Origin: an uncultured delta proteobacterium
Lineage (GTDB): Bacteria; Desulfobacterota; Desulfobaccia; Desulfobaccales; 0-14-0-80-60-11
DNA: 64,000 nucleotides
Direction: 5' to 3'
Assembly: GCA_963812015.1 (NCBI GenBank)
Contig: CAWETI010000003.1
Location: forward strand, 1,696,001 to 1,760,000
Both the position numbers and the translations under genes were made by a program. Below are positions 31,185 to 44,271 of this stretch, in pieces; positions within the stretch are counted from its first letter, which is position 1; every line of letters begins with the position of its first letter. A model generated the notes under the pieces. The model saw nothing but the letters and a program-made list of their open reading frames with translations, was not told the origin of the DNA and did no database searches.

Positions 31185-31525
31185 GGCCTGAGTTCGCCGG
31201 AGATGGTCATGGGCAATGGGAAACCCCGGGGAGTGGACCGACGTGCAGGCGTCCGACTTCCCCGGGGCAGGGGTCCCGCCGGTGGGCGCAATCGGGAAAA
31301 GGGAAAAATCTGCTGGCCTTGGAACCCACAAAAGCATAAGATTGATGAGACTTCTTGCTGGCCGACACGCCTGCCGGGCCACCTGGCCGGGCTCAGCCGT
31401 TAAGTTGAATGAAACGCGCATAACCACGCCAATCACTACCTCTATAGGGGCGGGGTGATGGAAAGGAAAATTGGGTCACCGGCCAGGTGCGAACCCTGGC
31501 CGGTGACCCAGGTAACGACGCAAAC

Positions 31526-34801
<3,276 letters not shown>

Positions 34802-34826
34802 AGCGGGCAATAAGAAGCCGATTAAG

Positions 34827-34908
34827 GTAGCCGCAGGCTTTAGCCTGCGACATGTAGGGTGGGCACTGCCCACCGAATGTTATGTAGCACAGGCTTTCCA
34901 GCCTGTGC
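34827..34908 (+). repeat. Three tandem GTAG REP palindromes of different types
   Basis: GTAGCCGCAGGCTTTAGCCTGC (34827), GTAGGGTGGGCACTGCCCACC (34854), GTAGCACAGGCTTTCCAGCCTGTGC (34884). Confidence 0.8.
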
Positions 34909-34966
34909 AAAAAAAACCTTTTGTGCCCCAGGCGTCTCTCCGGTAATTGTTTGAGGAATAATCAAA

Positions 34967-35845
34967 ATGGTTGATCGGAGGAAGAAATTATTCAATCCAC
35001 ATGAAAAAGCCTGCTATATTAATTTAACCAAGATTGGCATTCATTTTGATGTCAACGTACAGAACAAAATGCGTATAGCCGATGTTTTTAATATAAAATC
35101 AAGTGGACTGAGTCCTGAAGAATTTACATATGCGCTAAAAGCACATTTCGATTTTGTAATATATGATAATGAAGATTTGCCATTATTTGGTATAGAATTG
35201 GATGGCTCATTACATGAAAAAGATAACAGTGTAATTAATAATGATATCTTAAAAAACAATATTTGCGAAAGATTCTCTTTTCCATTATTGCGAATAAATG
35301 CGGATTTTGTGACTAAGAAAATCAAAGACCTTTCTCTTTTATCCTGGATTATTGAAGTATGGTTTTTGGGGCAAGCATTTTTAAAACAGCAGGACCAAGG
35401 CTTTATTCCCAAAGATGAAATATTTGACTATAATTTTGTCGTGAAGCCTTTTATGAAAAATGGAATAATTGATGGTGATTTTGCTTATAATCTATCCAGA
35501 ACTGAGGTTGTCTTTATTAATAATTGCAGGAGGGAAGGTGTTATCGCAAGAGTGAATTTTGTGGCATATGAAGATCAATTGGGATTCACTCATGGAATAA
35601 TTGTCGCTTCGATTGACGATAAAAACGGTATTATGTCGAGAGTAAGAGTAAAAACGTTTAATTTTTACCCACCTTCTCCGAGTGATATAGTTGAAGATCT
35701 TGTAATAATTGATATTGCCAACAAAATTAAAAAACATATGGATAATAAAGAAAAATGTATTGATCCAAGGTCTATATACGATTTCATGAATACGATAAAC
35801 TTTAAAAACAAGAATCTAACTTTTTTGAAAGGATTCAGTTTTTAA
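34967..35845 (+). CDS. AT-rich DUF2726-like PD-(D/E)XK nuclease-fold protein
   Basis: MRIADV...HFDFVIYD...LFGIELDGSLH...D.LKNNICERFSFPLLRI; AT-rich; GAGG RBS. Confidence 0.78.
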   Translation: MVDRRKKLFNPHEKACYINLTKIGIHFDVNVQNKMRIADVFNIKSSGLSPEEFTYALKAHFDFVIYDNEDLPLFGIELDGSLHEKDNSVINNDILKNNICERFSFPLLRINADFVTKKIKDLSLLSWIIEVWFLGQAFLKQQDQGFIPKDEIFDYNFVVKPFMKNGIIDGDFAYNLSRTEVVFINNCRREGVIARVNFVAYEDQLGFTHGIIVASIDDKNGIMSRVRVKTFNFYPPSPSDIVEDLVIIDIANKIKKHMDNKEKCIDPRSIYDFMNTINFKNKNLTFLKGFSF

Positions 35846-35880
35846 TAAAAGATTCAATGATGCGTTCTGCGCCCTAATAA

Positions 35881-35904
35881 TGGCGGGCAGTGGTCGACCT
35901 ACAT
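35881..35904 (-). repeat. Reverse-oriented GTAG REP
   Basis: Reverse complement ATGTAGGTCGACCACTGCCCGCCA resembles ATGTAGGGTGGGCACTGCCCACC at 34852-34874. Confidence 0.6.
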
Positions 35905-35917
35905 TGATAAAAACGCC

Positions 35918-36250
35918 ATGGTAGACGAACAAACCATCCAGGATTTATGTAACCGCATCGTCCAGGAATTCCAACCTGACCGCATCATCCTGTTCGGTTC
36001 CTATGCTTACGGCAACCCCACGCCTGATTCTGACGTAGATATTTTGGTAGTTCTGCCCTTTGAGGGCAAGAATTTCTATAAATCACTGGAAATTTTAAAT
36101 CGGGCCAACCCGGCTTTTCCCATCGACCTACTGGCCCGGCGGCCGGATGACACGGCGCGGCGTTATCGCGAGGGCGACCCACTGATTAGAGATGCCCTGG
36201 ATCACGGGAAAGTCTTATATGAACGCCCCGGAGGCCGCCCTATCCCTTGA
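35918..36250 (+). CDS. Minimal nucleotidyltransferase (MNT antitoxin-like)
   Basis: IILFGSYAYGNPTPDSDVDILVV ... GKVLYE. Confidence 0.9.
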   Translation: MVDEQTIQDLCNRIVQEFQPDRIILFGSYAYGNPTPDSDVDILVVLPFEGKNFYKSLEILNRANPAFPIDLLARRPDDTARRYREGDPLIRDALDHGKVLYERPGGRPIP

Positions 36251-36308
36251 AATCGCTACCCGTTTACGGAAAAACCTGCTATCCTTAATTCAGGCAGAAT
36301 TTCGTTAA
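36219..36308 (+). pseudogene. Internally deleted HEPN-domain gene remnant
   Basis: ATG overlapping the MNT LYE codons gives MNAPEAALSLEIATRLRKNLLSLIQAEFR*, resembling a HEPN C-terminal helix joined to a start. Confidence 0.45.
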
Positions 36309-36319
36309 GAGTCAGAGAA

Positions 36320-36373
36320 GCCTGAGCATTCCCGGCCTCGGCCATACAAAGGGCGTCAGGCATTTTTTCTTTT
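36320..36373 (+). terminator. Putative intrinsic terminator
   Basis: GCCTGA...TCAGGC stem followed by ATTTTTTCTTTT. Confidence 0.5.
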
Positions 36374-36411
36374 CTGGACATCCCCGCCGCCTCAAGTAAG
36401 GTGGGACAGTA

Positions 36412-36609
36412 GGCGGCGCAGTCTCCAGCCCGGGCGGGAGCATCAAGCTCTCATGGCGCACCCTGCTGTATCAAGGGTCGGCACGTCTCGACAACCCGGC
36501 GCCAACCGGCGAGCACCCCTCGCCCCACCCCGGGACACCCTCGGGACAGACGGGGGACGACCTTGGTTCACCCGCGCTTCGTGCCGGGATCAGCGCGGGG
36601 CTGCGCGCC
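36412..36609 (+). ncRNA. Candidate structured ncRNA or purF leader (unassigned family)
   Basis: Paired ends (GCGCAGTC 36416-36423 with GGCTGCGC 36599-36606), several internal hairpins, a possible pseudoknot, and an upstream TGGACA-N16-TAAGGT promoter-like sequence. Confidence 0.55.
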
Positions 36610-36746
36610 ATAAATTGCTGTAAAATAAGACAGATGAGAATTTGTTCAGAAATTGAAACAGATTTTTTGTCCCGTTCCACCGGCAAACGGACCTAAAAAC
36701 CAGAGATAATCACCCGCAACCCCGCCTCCACCCAGGGTGAGGAGCC

Positions 36747-38237
<1,491 letters not shown>

Positions 38238-38252
38238 CCAAATAATGACCCG

Positions 38253-38280
38253 GCAGGGGCGGGTTTTAAACCCGCCTCAC
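38253..38280. repeat. REP-like palindrome
   Basis: GCAGGGGCGGGTTTTAAACCCGCCTCAC downstream of purF. Confidence 0.6.
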
Positions 38281-38407
38281 TGTAGTGCTCCACCGATGAG
38301 CTTACGACCCCATCAAAATCCAAAAACCTTGAATTTTTCAAGAAACTTAGTATGATGGGCACACATGCCATGGATTTTGCAATAATGAGCCGGAAAGGAG
38401 GAATCCC

Positions 38408-38620
38408 ATGCCTGAGTGCGCCTGTGGTTGTGGAGAGCAGACCAAGAGGGGGAAATATCTTCAGGGTCATGACCAGAAGCTACGCAAACTCCTGGAGGAA
38501 AAGGTCGGGAGCTTGCAACTCCTCTCCTCCCTGGTGAAGTTGACCGAGATGTATGCCCAGGACCACATGGGTCTCAGCGACCTGGGCCGACTGGTCAAAC
38601 TGATTTATAATAAAGAGTAG
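38408..38620 (+). CDS. Small CxCGCG...GH(D) putative Zn-binding protein
   Basis: Strong RBS AAGGAGG; MPECACGCGEQTKRGKYLQGHD. Confidence 0.75.
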   Translation: MPECACGCGEQTKRGKYLQGHDQKLRKLLEEKVGSLQLLSSLVKLTEMYAQDHMGLSDLGRLVKLIYNKE

Positions 38621-38805
38621 CCGGTCGCCCAGGTCAAGGCCGGCGGATGATTGCCGCTCGTCCCCGTTTATGGCGATTTCCAAACGGTGCTTGCATTTAC
38701 CCCTCTCTCCTTGAGGGGAGGGGTCAGGGTGAGGGGTGAAGAAGGCAAAGCTTATCGCAATGAATATAGCGGTTATGATCCTGGCGCCTCCCCTCCCCTT
38801 CTCCT

Positions 38806-39273
38806 ATGCCTGAACATCTTATCGGCGTCATCTCCGACACCCACGGTCTGCTGCGGCCTGAGGCCCTTAAAGTCCTGTCGGGGGTGGAACTTATCATCCA
38901 CGCTGGCGACATCGGCAACCCCCGGATTTTGGCGGAATTGGCCAGGATCGCCCCGGTGCACGCGGTCCGAGGCAATACCGACCGGGCCGGCTGGGCCGTT
39001 GATCTGCCCCTTACTCGGGTGGTGGAGGTGGGAGACGTCCACTTCTACGTCCTCCACGAACTCTTCTGCCTGGACCTGGACCCCGCCGCCGCCGGCTTTG
39101 CCGCGGTCATCTTCGGCCACTCCCACCATCCCCACCTGGAGCGCAAAAACGGCGTCCTCTACCTCAACCCCGGCAGCGCCGGGCCGCGGCGGTTTACGTT
39201 GCCGGTCACCCTTGCCAGAATTAAGGTGCAAGGCGTCTCCTTGCATCCGGAGATGGTGGAGTTGAAAGTATGA
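38806..39273 (+). CDS. YfcE-family metallophosphoesterase
   Basis: ISDTHG, HAGDIG, VRGNTD, GHSH, NPGSAG. Confidence 0.92.
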   Translation: MPEHLIGVISDTHGLLRPEALKVLSGVELIIHAGDIGNPRILAELARIAPVHAVRGNTDRAGWAVDLPLTRVVEVGDVHFYVLHELFCLDLDPAAAGFAAVIFGHSHHPHLERKNGVLYLNPGSAGPRRFTLPVTLARIKVQGVSLHPEMVELKV

Positions 39274-39497
39274 CTGAAAATAGTGTTTTGATCGCTAAGA
39301 CCCTGCCTTCAGCCGCTCCTACATCCCGATCAACTCTATCAGCAGTTTTAATGGCCCTAAATTTAGTTGAATTTTTCATCTATTCCATTATATTTAAAAA
39401 GTTAATTGCTTTTCTTTTTCGATATTGTCCAAAAAATGATTTTATAATTATTCTGATCCAAAAAATGGAGATTACTTTTTAAAATGCATTTTTAAAA

Positions 39498-40586
39498 ATG
39501 GAGAATAAGATGCAGGACAGCCTTGTAAATCCAATGTTAGAAATTCAAAAAACTTTTGGAACAGATTATAGAAATCAGATTGTAGAAATGACAAAGAAAA
39601 TGCAGGATAGCTTTGTAAGTCCAATGTTAGAAATTCAAAAAACTTTTGGAACAGATTATAAATATCAGATTGCTGAAATGACAAAGAAAATACAGGATAG
39701 CTTTGTAAGTCCAATGTTAGAAATTCAAAAAACTTTTGGAACAGATTATAGAAATCAGATTGTAGAAATGACAAAGAAAATGCAGGATAGCTTTGTAAGT
39801 CCAATGTTAGAAATTCAAAAAACTTTTGGAACAGATTATAAATATCAGATTGCTGGAATGACAAAGAACTTACAATATTCCTATAAATTAATTAATCCTC
39901 TTTTAGATATTAAGAAAGCTATTACTTCTTCTTTGTTTGCTCAAATTCATAAAGAGGATATATCATTAGCAAAAATAGCTAACAATTTATCATCGATTTC
40001 AAAAACTATTTTAGAATATCCTAAAGAAGATATAATTATTAATAACAACCAAAGCATAACATGTGGATCTGAATTTATAACTATAGATGCTCTACAAGAA
40101 ATCGTGCAGCAGATTTTATTAAACGCTGAATCTAAAGCAGATAATTTTTATCATGGAATTATAAATGAAATTAAAAAATTAAAGAAGCCATTTCTTGAAA
40201 AAATTATGACATGGTTAATTATGCCGCTATTAATTTCATTTTTAACAATATTATTTACCCCTGCTATTAATCAATTATATGATAATCATTTTGATCAACG
40301 TAAAGTCAGATTAAAGCAAATAAAAAAGGAGATTTCAAATACAGAATTTAATTTAAATATGTTGCAAGGGTATAGGTTAGTATCTTGTGGAAAATTAGAT
40401 GTAAGAGCAACGAGTTGGCGAAAATCTAAATTGATAGGTAGAATTTACTTTGGTCAAATAGTTAAAGTAATTGAAAGGAAAAAAAATTGGACTCTCATTG
40501 AGTGGAAGAATAGTGAGGAACCATTTGAATTAATACTTCGAGGATGGGTTTTTAACAGATATTTGGAAAAATTAAATCGGAATTAA
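39498..40586 (+). CDS. AT-rich protein with 30-aa tandem repeats, a TM segment and a C-terminal SH3b-like domain
   Basis: Four MQDSFVSPMLEIQKTFGTDY... units; hydrophobic WLIMPLLISFLTILF; LDVRATSWRKSKLIG...GWVFNRYL. Confidence 0.8.
   Translation: MENKMQDSLVNPMLEIQKTFGTDYRNQIVEMTKKMQDSFVSPMLEIQKTFGTDYKYQIAEMTKKIQDSFVSPMLEIQKTFGTDYRNQIVEMTKKMQDSFVSPMLEIQKTFGTDYKYQIAGMTKNLQYSYKLINPLLDIKKAITSSLFAQIHKEDISLAKIANNLSSISKTILEYPKEDIIINNNQSITCGSEFITIDALQEIVQQILLNAESKADNFYHGIINEIKKLKKPFLEKIMTWLIMPLLISFLTILFTPAINQLYDNHFDQRKVRLKQIKKEISNTEFNLNMLQGYRLVSCGKLDVRATSWRKSKLIGRIYFGQIVKVIERKKNWTLIEWKNSEEPFELILRGWVFNRYLEKLNRN
39510..39869 (+). repeat. Intragenic tandem repeat, 4 x 90 bp in ABAB order
   Basis: Units begin at 39510, 39600, 39690 and 39780; they alternate YRNQIV and YKYQIA. 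Confidence 0.95.
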
Positions 40587-40587
40587 C

Positions 40588-42573
40588 ATGACCCCTAAAC
40601 GTCCCGTTTATCCCTTCGCGGCCCTGGTAGGCCAAGAGCGACTAAAGCTGGCCCTCATCCTCAATGCCGTCAATCCCCTCATCGGCGGGGTGTTGATCCG
40701 GGGGGAGAAGGGCACGGCCAAGTCCACCGCGGCCCGGGGCCTGGCGGAGCTCTTGCCCCCCATCGCCATGGTGGCGGGCTGCCCGTTTTACTGCCACCCG
40801 GATTTGCCCGAGCTGATGTGCGACGCCTGCCTAAAGCGCTTTGAGCAGGGCGAGGTCCTGCCCCGCCGGGATCGGCCCATGCCGGTGGTGGACCTGCCCC
40901 TGGGAACCACCGAAGACCGCCTGCTGGGCACCATCGATCTTGAGAAAGCCATCAAGAGCGGCGAGAAGCACTTTGAGCCCGGGCTGCTGGCCAACGCCAA
41001 CCGGGGTATTTTGTATGTCGATGAAGTTAACCTTCTCGATGACCATTTAGTCGACGTGTTGTTGGACGCCGCGGCCATGGGGGTCAACGTGGTGGAGCGT
41101 GAGGGCATTTCGTTTGCCCACCCGGCCCGCTTCATCCTGGTGGGCACCATGAACCCCGAGGAAGGCGAGCTCCGGCCCCAGTTGCTGGACCGCTTCGGCT
41201 TGTGCGTCGAAGTGACGGGACTCCATAATCTTGAGGCCCGCATGGCCGTGGTGCAGCGCCGCCTGGCCTTCGAGGCCGATCCGGAGGGTTTTGCCACCCG
41301 GTGGCAGGGGGAGCAGGAAATCATCCGCCAGGGCATTTTAGACGCCGGGGAACGCCTGTCCCAGGTGAGTTACCCTGATGACCTCCTGCGGCTCATAACC
41401 GCGGTCTGCGTGGACCAGGGGGTGGACGGCCACCGGGCCGACATCTTCATGCTCAAGGTGGCCCAGACTTTGGCGGCCTACCGGGGCCGGGGGGAAGTGA
41501 GCGCCGGGGACGTTCGGGAGGCTGCCACCCTGGTGCTGCCCCACCGCCTGCGTCGCACCCCGTTCAGTGACTCCGCCATGGACGAAAACCGGCTGGAGGA
41601 AACCTTCCGTAAGCACGTCGAAGAGGTTCAGGAGCGGCAACGCCATCCGCAACCACCCCCCCAACCCGGCAGCGCCGCCTCCGACGGGGAGGAGGTCGCG
41701 CGGATCGGCGAGGTCACGGTGGCGCCGGGGGCCACCTTCCCGGTGCGGCCCCTGGAATTGCCCCCGGCCCGCCAAGCCAAAAAAGCGCCGGGAACCCGCA
41801 CCCGGGCCCGGAGCGAAGATAACACCGGGCGGTATGTCCGCCCCACCTTAGCCAAGCCTGCCATTCCGGATCTGGCCATTGACGCGACCATTCGAGCCGC
41901 CGCCCCTTACCAGGGGGTGAGGGCCCGGGGCAACCTGGCCCTGGCCATCCGTGAACCTGACCTGCGCTATAAGGTGCGGGAAAAGCGCATCGGACGGAAT
42001 ATCCTGTTCGTGGTGGACGCGTCCGGCTCCATGGGGGCCGACGAGCGCATGGCCGAAACCAAGGCGGCGATCCTGTCGCTCCTGGTCGACGCCTACCAGA
42101 AGCGGGAGCGGGTGGGGCTCATCGTCTTCAGGGGCCGCGAGGCCCGGGTGGCCCTGCCCTTCACCCACAGCGTCGAGATGGCCCAACGGTACCTGACCGT
42201 TCTTCCCACCGGCGGTAAGACCCCCCTGCCCCACGCCCTCTACCTGGCCCGGGAATTGCTGCGCCAGGAAAAAACCCGCCACCCCCGGGACGCCTTTCTG
42301 CTGGTGCTCATCACCGACGGCCGGGCCAACCTCAGCCTGGCCAAGGGAGGTCAGCCCATGGCGGAGGTCAAGGAGTTGGCGGCCCAGCTACGGGGACTGG
42401 GGATCAACGCCCTGGTGGTGGACACGGAGCGGTTCGCCCCCTGCCTGGACCTGGGCTGCCTGCCGGAGTTGAGCCAGATCCTGGGGGGCCAGTACCATTC
42501 GGTACAGAGCCTCCGGGCCCCGGAGGTGGTGGCCCGCATCGCCGCGGCCCTGAGAGCCGCGTCAGCCCAATAA
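40588..42573 (+). CDS. ChlI/ChlD-type chelatase subunit (AAA+ plus VWA); putative cobaltochelatase subunit
   Basis: YPFAALVGQ, GEKGTAKST, DEVNLL, NPEEGELRPQLLDRFG, Pro-rich linker, MIDAS DASGSM, TDGRAN. Confidence 0.9.
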   Translation: MTPKRPVYPFAALVGQERLKLALILNAVNPLIGGVLIRGEKGTAKSTAARGLAELLPPIAMVAGCPFYCHPDLPELMCDACLKRFEQGEVLPRRDRPMPVVDLPLGTTEDRLLGTIDLEKAIKSGEKHFEPGLLANANRGILYVDEVNLLDDHLVDVLLDAAAMGVNVVEREGISFAHPARFILVGTMNPEEGELRPQLLDRFGLCVEVTGLHNLEARMAVVQRRLAFEADPEGFATRWQGEQEIIRQGILDAGERLSQVSYPDDLLRLITAVCVDQGVDGHRADIFMLKVAQTLAAYRGRGEVSAGDVREAATLVLPHRLRRTPFSDSAMDENRLEETFRKHVEEVQERQRHPQPPPQPGSAASDGEEVARIGEVTVAPGATFPVRPLELPPARQAKKAPGTRTRARSEDNTGRYVRPTLAKPAIPDLAIDATIRAAAPYQGVRARGNLALAIREPDLRYKVREKRIGRNILFVVDASGSMGADERMAETKAAILSLLVDAYQKRERVGLIVFRGREARVALPFTHSVEMAQRYLTVLPTGGKTPLPHALYLARELLRQEKTRHPRDAFLLVLITDGRANLSLAKGGQPMAEVKELAAQLRGLGINALVVDTERFAPCLDLGCLPELSQILGGQYHSVQSLRAPEVVARIAAALRAASAQ

Positions 42574-42827
42574 ACCGGAAAGCTCTGGTTAAAGCTTTTG
42601 GGGGACGGGAGCAGGGGCACCCGCCCCTAACCAGCCCTATCCTTGAATTATTTCTTGAGCGGTCTTGGCTGGTTTTGCCTTCCCGGAGCATTGACAATCA
42701 CCTCCGGTTGGGCTACAGCATAATCACACTTTGCCCTCATCACCATGGTTAGGCCGCAAGCAGATTGCCACTGTACTCATTAACCTTTGACTGGAGTTAG
42801 ACCAGGTGCACACCACGGGGAAATGAT

Positions 42828-43352
42828 ATGGCGGAACCAAAACAAGAAACCTGGCTCAAGCTGGTAGCCATGACCGTCATCGTCCTGGTGGTGGCCGCGG
42901 GGATCTCGGCTTTCAAATCCATCGGTTATGCCACTCAAGCGCAGATTTTCGCCGCCCGGGAGGCCCAGCACTGGCAAGATTACCAGGTGGTGAGCCTCAA
43001 GAAGGATAATTTCGCCATCAACCGGGATATCCTGTTATCCCTGAGGCTATCGGAGGGAAAGGCTGCCAAGTCCCCAAAGACCACGGCCGCCAGGATCAAG
43101 GAATACGACGAGGAACTGAGCCGCCTGAACCAGGAGCGGGACCAGATCAAAAAGGTGGCCCAGGGCCTGGCCGCCCAGGAGGAAGCCTTGGAGAAGAAGT
43201 CCGGCGAACTAGGGCTAGCCGTGATTCTCTTCCTGCTGGCCATCCTGAGCGCGGCGACGGGGGCCCTCACCCGAAAGAAAATATTGTGGCTGATAGGTTT
43301 GGGCCTGGGGGGCTGGGGGCTGGTTTGCCTGGTGAAAGGCATATTTCTGTGA
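42828..43352 (+). CDS. DUF4337-family membrane protein (divergent)
   Basis: TM, WQDYQVVSLK, coiled coil, two TMs; same layout as the convergent neighbour. Confidence 0.65.
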   Translation: MAEPKQETWLKLVAMTVIVLVVAAGISAFKSIGYATQAQIFAAREAQHWQDYQVVSLKKDNFAINRDILLSLRLSEGKAAKSPKTTAARIKEYDEELSRLNQERDQIKKVAQGLAAQEEALEKKSGELGLAVILFLLAILSAATGALTRKKILWLIGLGLGGWGLVCLVKGIFL

Positions 43353-43478
43353 GGACGCCGGCTCTCGCCGACCCGGGGGCAGGAGTTGCCCCGGGGCAAT
43401 CCCGCTCAAACCGAAACCGCCGGGGCTAGCCCGGTTGCGGACCTTCTTGCCCTTTTCACCTCACTCCGTTCCCATGCA

Positions 43479-44066
43479 TCAGTTCGACAAAAACGGCACA
43501 TGAAATAACAGGAAAAACCCATTGCAGCATAACAGGATCCCCAAGGCCGCAGCGATGAGGGACACCCCAAAGATAAGCCGGGATTGGGCCAGAATGGCCA
43601 CGGTGGCCATCACGATGGCAATCTGGAGCAGGACCTCGGCGAAATCGAAATAAGGGTCCTTACTGCGAGCCACATCCCGTTCATGTTCCAGTTTGCGGGC
43701 TTCGTGTTCTATGTCCTTGCGCTCCTGGCCGTAGCGCTCCTCCTCGGTGGCCATCTGCTTGAGCAAGGTTGCGTAACGCTGTCTGATCTCCGGTTTCAAG
43801 GTCTCTTTTTCCAGAAGGTCGAGCTCCAGGCGCATCTTCTGGCCGCGATAGAAATGCTCCCGGCTGGCCTTGGCCTGGTAAAAGGCCCACTGGTCGGAAG
43901 CCTGCTGCTGGGCCAGGATCATTTCCTTCATAGCGTTGTTGCCGCCCAGGGAAGTGATGGCCAGGATGACCGCAAAAATGGCGGTGGTCAGGGCGACTCG
44001 GCGAGTAAATTTGTGTCCCATGACCTCTTCCATCTCTTCAGGTTTGGGGAGTTCAACTTCAGCCAT
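43479..44066 (-). CDS. DUF4337-family membrane protein
   Basis: RVALTTAIFAV...SDQWAFYQAK...FDFAEVLLQIAIV. Confidence 0.82.
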   Translation of the reverse strand: MAEVELPKPEEMEEVMGHKFTRRVALTTAIFAVILAITSLGGNNAMKEMILAQQQASDQWAFYQAKASREHFYRGQKMRLELDLLEKETLKPEIRQRYATLLKQMATEEERYGQERKDIEHEARKLEHERDVARSKDPYFDFAEVLLQIAIVMATVAILAQSRLIFGVSLIAAALGILLCCNGFFLLFHVPFLSN

Positions 44067-44078
44067 AGTGGTTCCCCT

Positions 44079-44270
44079 TCAGAAATTTTCTCTGACGAAA
44101 ATTTTCATGCCGTCGGTGAGGGCCCCGTCGAGCCCCAGCTCGTGGCCCCATGCATCATAAGCCTTTAGCCCCGCAGCGATTTGCTCCATTTCGCCGGCGC
44201 CAATCAGGGCATGCTTCACCTGCATGCCCGGGGCCAGATCCACCGGTTTCTGGTTAACATAAATCCGCAT
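44079..44270 (-). CDS. Small protein, possible ThiS/MoaD-like beta-grasp fold
   Basis: MRIYVNQKPVDLAPGMQVKHAL...LTDGMKIFV; starts 1 nt after the 5'-nucleotidase stop. Confidence 0.65.
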   Translation of the reverse strand: MRIYVNQKPVDLAPGMQVKHALIGAGEMEQIAAGLKAYDAWGHELGLDGALTDGMKIFVRENF

Positions 44271-44271
44271 G

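Noticed and set aside
36412..36609. 6S RNA assignment for the purF-upstream RNA
   Set aside because: The size fits, but the fold is multibranched rather than a rod with a central bubble, and the usual zapA/rny/ygfA context is absent.
39510..39869. Tandem repeat as a CRISPR array
   Set aside because: No unique spacers; 90-bp in-frame coding units; no cas genes.
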